Shown here in pieces: positions 60,396-64,000 of a stretch of 64,000 bases of DNA (the stretch's first letter is position 1; the number at the start of each line of letters is the position of its first letter). A program made the translations under genes and the position numbers. The notes below the pieces were generated by a model. It had not been told where the DNA came from and did no database searches. It saw only the letters and a list, made by a program, of their open reading frames with translations. The DNA comes from Myxococcota bacterium (GTDB taxonomy: Bacteria; Myxococcota; JACRCW01). The stretch covers positions 1 through 64,000 of the forward strand of contig JBFMGU010000007.1 of assembly GCA_040752415.1 (NCBI GenBank), read 5' to 3'.

Positions 60396-61328
60396 TCACG
60401 AGCCCAGGTCCTGGCTGGTCACGCACGGAAGCAGCACGCGGAAGCACGCACCGCCGAGCGGTGAGTCGACGAGGTCCAGGGAGCCCTGCAGCGCCGCCAC
60501 GCACGCGCGTGCGGAGAACAGGCCCAACCCGGTCCCGTCGGGCTTGGTGGTGCGCAGCGCGGAGAAGATGCCGTCGCGTGCCTCCGGGGGCACGCCGGGG
60601 CCATTGTCGTGGACCTCCAGCGTGACGTGGTCTTCCCCGCGACGGATGTGCACCTCCACCACCCCGCCGTTGCCCGCGGCCTCCGCGGCGATGATCACCA
60701 GGTTGCTGAAGGCCTGGTGGAAGAGCACGGCATTGCCCCGCACGGTGACGTCGGCGTCGGCGCCGTGGATGTGCAGGGTGCATTGGCGCACGGAGTCATG
60801 GTGGTGGATGGACTGCAGGGACTCCCGCACCGCGTCGCGCAATCGGAGAGCGCGGAGCTGCACGCGCGTGTTCCGGTGCTCCGCCTCCAGGAGACGCTGT
60901 TGCAGCTCCACCAGCCGCTGCACGGAGATGCGCAGGCGCGCCAGCGCTTCCCTGCGCTCGTCCTCCCCGGCGTCCTGCGCCAGCGCCAGCTCTCCCAGGA
61001 CGCTGGTGAGGATGTTGTTGGCGTCGTGCGCCACGGAGGAGGCCATCACGCCGGCGAACACGCGGCGGTCATTGAGGAGGATGGCGTTGCGTTGCCGCAC
61101 CAGCGCTTCCGCGTCGTCCTCGCTGCGACGGAGCAGGAGCCAGGTGACGCCGAAGAGCGCGGTGGCCGTGGTCACCACGAACAGCACGCCCTTGATGGTC
61201 TCCACGCGCTCCAGGTCCGCCACGCTGCTCGCCACCAGGGCCGCCAGGCGGGAGGAGAAGACGATGTAGAGCAAGGCTACCGCCAGATAGGCCCCCGCCA
61301 CGACGGCGGCCCGCCGGAAACTGCGCAT
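60396..61328 (-). CDS. Membrane sensor histidine kinase
   Basis: Two TM helices; VAHDANNIL H-box; DNGPG and GTGLGL; atypical N-box NLVIIA. Confidence 0.87.
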   Translation of the reverse strand: MRSFRRAAVVAGAYLAVALLYIVFSSRLAALVASSVADLERVETIKGVLFVVTTATALFGVTWLLLRRSEDDAEALVRQRNAILLNDRRVFAGVMASSVAHDANNILTSVLGELALAQDAGEDERREALARLRISVQRLVELQQRLLEAEHRNTRVQLRALRLRDAVRESLQSIHHHDSVRQCTLHIHGADADVTVRGNAVLFHQAFSNLVIIAAEAAGNGGVVEVHIRRGEDHVTLEVHDNGPGVPPEARDGIFSALRTTKPDGTGLGLFSARACVAALQGSLDLVDSPLGGACFRVLLPCVTSQDLGS

Positions 61329-61484
61329 CGGTCCCTCCGGGATCTCCCCACGCTCAGCCGTTGACGCGGGGCAGCATTGCATCCGGCGGGCCACGCGGGT
61401 TCCTGAAAGATTCTCAGAGTTCGGTGCGCAAGAACTGCAAACGCCGCGCGGCGTGGCGGCAACGCTTGCGTTCGGGGCGCAATT

Positions 61485-64000
61485 TCAGGGGGTGCGATAG
61501 GTTAGGGCAATTTCGAAATGGTCCGTCTCCACCGTGGCATGCCCGCCACCGGCGCCGTTCTCGTCGAGGGGCGCGAGCATGAGGTGCAGCGTCTGGTCCG
61601 CGGGGGCGGCCAGCCGACGCAGCAGGGAGGGGTCCCCTGTCTCAAAGGACAGGTCCGCGGTGGCCCCGGGCTCGCCCGTGCCCTGGCCGGCCAGGCGCCA
61701 ACCGCCGCGGTCCCACAGGTAGAGGCGCACGCCGCCCACGGGATTGCCGTCGTGCTCGGTGCGCGCGCCCGCCCGCCACAGGACCTGCGCGCGGGTGAGC
61801 TGCGCGCCTCCCGGAATCCCCGCGGCCTGCAACAGCACGTGCGCCACGTGGGCGGGGTGGCTGTCCGCAGCGCCGTTCCAGGCCCAGGTGTCGTCGAGGC
61901 CGCCGTTGCCGCCGAACAGCAGGAGCTCACCGCGCTGCGGGTCATGGGCCATGGCGCTGCGCACGCGCGCGGAGGGGGCGAGGTCTCCTTCCGGGTCCGC
62001 GGACTCCACACGCGTCCAGCTGGTCCCGTTCCATTCCCACTGGTCCTTGCAGAATCGTGAAGCGGTGCCGCAGTCGCTCAGTCCGCCGGCGTCGCCGCCA
62101 AAGAGCACCACGCGCTGCCGGGAGGCATCATAGGCCAGCATCGGGCTTCTTCGTGCCAGCGGCCAGCTCAGCGCGTCGGGGGTCTCCGGGCCGGACGCGC
62201 GCTCTTCCCACGCGCTCCCGCTCCACACCCAGGTCTCCGGGTGGTACTCGTAGTCCTCGTCGACGTCACAGGTGTCGCCCACGTCCGGGCTCTCGAAACA
62301 GCGACGTCCCCCGAACAGCACCACCTCGCCGCGCGCGGCGTCATAGACCATGGCGGCGTCCTCACGCTTGCGCGGGACCACGCCCTCGGGCCGGCCGCCC
62401 GGCACCGCGAGCACCCAGCGCGTTCCGTCGAAGAGCCAGGTGTCGTCGTAATAGGTCAGCCCGGGGAGCCGGCGCTGGTTGCTCTCCGCGGCGTCGCAGT
62501 CCAGCGCGGCGGGATTGTCGGGATCCATGTACGCGTAGCCGCCGAAGAGGACCACGCGGTCATGGGCGGCGTCGTAGGCCGCGCTGTAGCCGCAGCGGAG
62601 CGGAGGACGTTTGTTGAGGTCGGTGGCGGCAAAGCTCAGTGGCGTCCACGTCTGTCCGTCCCACGTCCAGCTGTCGTCGCAGGTGCCGGCCCCGTTGGGG
62701 CAGTCCGCCACGTCACGACGGAACTGGCCGAGCAGCAACGTGCGGTCCAGGTGCTCCTGGTAAAGCAGCGCGCGGTTGAGCCCGCCCAGCGGCGTTCCCG
62801 ACGACAACCGCGTCCAGCTCCCGTTGCGCCAGGCCCAGAGCGCGGAGCAGGAACGGCTGGCCACGTCGTCACAGGCGGGGCCGTTGCTGCGTCCCCCAAA
62901 CAGCAGGATCTCGCCGGTGGTGGTGTTGGTGGTGAGCAGGTGGCCGCTGCGCTCGACGGGCTGTCCGTCGGATTCCGGGTCCGAGGGACCCACGCGTTGC
63001 CAGCCCGCGCCGTCCCAGCGCCAGGTGTCTCCCGCGGCGCAGAGGCCCTGCCCACCGGCGAGCACACCGTCGGGGCAGAGGTTTCCCTCGTCTCCCACGT
63101 CCAGGCTTCCTCCGACGAGGAGACTGGCCCCGGTGCGCGCGTCGAAGACCAGCTGGTGATCAAAACGGTCCGCGGGGGTGGTGCCGCCGGTGGGAATCCA
63201 CTCCGTCCAGGTGGCTCCGTCCCAGGTCCACGCGTCGTCGACGGTGCAGCCGGGTTCCTTCTCCGTCCATCCCTCGGGACAGGGGAGCTGGTCGGCCTCG
63301 AGCTCGAGGAGGCCGCCGGTGAGCAGCGTCCGTCCCTGCACCGGGTCGTACACCATGGCGTGGGAGGCGCGCGGGCCGGGGCCGCTGGTGGACAGGCGGG
63401 TCCAGCGCACGCCGTCAAAGGCCCAGGTGTCGCCCACGTACTGCGCGCTCTCTCCCACGTTGATGGGCAACGTCTCCTGGCCGCCAAAGAGCAGCACCTG
63501 GGCGCGCTCCTCGTCGTAGACCATGGCGTGCCCGAAGCGCGGCGAAGGATTGCCGTCGCCCCCGGTGTCGTCGGGCGTGATGGCGGTCCAGGTGTTGCCG
63601 TCCCATTCCCAGGTGTCACCGCAGATGAACGAGCCGCCGGTGCAGACCACGTTGGCGTCGGTGTGTCCGCCAAAGAGGACCACGCGGTTGCGCGCGCTGT
63701 CGTACGCCAGCGCCGACTGCAGACGTGCTTGCGGGGCGCTCGCTCCGTCGGGAACGCGCTCCCAGCTGGTGCCGTCCCACAACCAGATGCTGCGGCAGAA
63801 CACCGAGTCACTCCCGTCACAGCTGCCCGAGGGATCCTTGCCGCCGAACATCAGGACCCGGCCCAGCGCGCTGTGGAACGTCATGACGTGGCCGATGCGC
63901 GGAGAAGGATCGCCGTCACCTTCGGGGTCGGGAGGTCGTGCGGCCGTCCAGCCGCCGCCGTCCCACTCCCACGTCCCGCCGCAATACGCGAAGCCGGAGC
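61485..64000 (-). CDS. Kelch-like repeat protein, 5'-partial
   Basis: Repeats P.R..H.M.YD..R..V.LFGG...DTW.WDG..W; frame stays open to the window edge. Confidence 0.88.
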   Translation of the reverse strand, partial: SGFAYCGGTWEWDGGGWTAARPPDPEGDGDPSPRIGHVMTFHSALGRVLMFGGKDPSGSCDGSDSVFCRSIWLWDGTSWERVPDGASAPQARLQSALAYDSARNRVVLFGGHTDANVVCTGGSFICGDTWEWDGNTWTAITPDDTGGDGNPSPRFGHAMVYDEERAQVLLFGGQETLPINVGESAQYVGDTWAFDGVRWTRLSTSGPGPRASHAMVYDPVQGRTLLTGGLLELEADQLPCPEGWTEKEPGCTVDDAWTWDGATWTEWIPTGGTTPADRFDHQLVFDARTGASLLVGGSLDVGDEGNLCPDGVLAGGQGLCAAGDTWRWDGAGWQRVGPSDPESDGQPVERSGHLLTTNTTTGEILLFGGRSNGPACDDVASRSCSALWAWRNGSWTRLSSGTPLGGLNRALLYQEHLDRTLLLGQFRRDVADCPNGAGTCDDSWTWDGQTWTPLSFAATDLNKRPPLRCGYSAAYDAAHDRVVLFGGYAYMDPDNPAALDCDAAESNQRRLPGLTYYDDTWLFDGTRWVLAVPGGRPEGVVPRKREDAAMVYDAARGEVVLFGGRRCFESPDVGDTCDVDEDYEYHPETWVWSGSAWEERASGPETPDALSWPLARRSPMLAYDASRQRVVLFGGDAGGLSDCGTASRFCKDQWEWNGTSWTRVESADPEGDLAPSARVRSAMAHDPQRGELLLFGGNGGLDDTWAWNGAADSHPAHVAHVLLQAAGIPGGAQLTRAQVLWRAGARTEHDGNPVGGVRLYLWDRGGWRLAGQGTGEPGATADLSFETGDPSLLRRLAAPADQTLHLMLAPLDENGAGGGHATVETDHFEIALTYRTP

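Overview
GC-rich bacterial DNA with a Myxococcota-like gene repertoire: lipoproteins with Cys-rich repeats, DAG/DAA linkers, MYXO-CTERM-like tails, a Hanks kinase and a PilZ-TPR protein. About 47 CDS can be supported; most other ORFs in the track are shadow frames. Contents in order: a cluster of large surface proteins (1-16 kb), including a 2796-aa Cys/Asn repeat lipoprotein and a temptin-like CxxCH protein; an ArsR/SRPBCC/RibD-like regulon with three visible operators; a tandemly duplicated 'membrane-hairpin protein + Cys-rich lipoprotein' module; an exported metacaspase; gcvT-gcvH-gcvP interrupted by a membrane protein and an M23 peptidase; assorted enzymes; NHL, HYR and Kelch-like repeat proteins; and a calpain-like protease. 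I saw no rRNA, tRNA, CRISPR array or intact transposase. The strongest unexplained signal is in the intergenic DNA. At least three families of structured palindromic elements (REP/REPIN-like) occur there, and two of them show conserved boundary motifs and compensatory stem changes between copies. Also found: a 36-aa highly basic ORF missed by the ORF track, and a frameshifted PQ-loop/SemiSWEET-like gene. All family assignments come from recognising motifs by eye, not from database searches.
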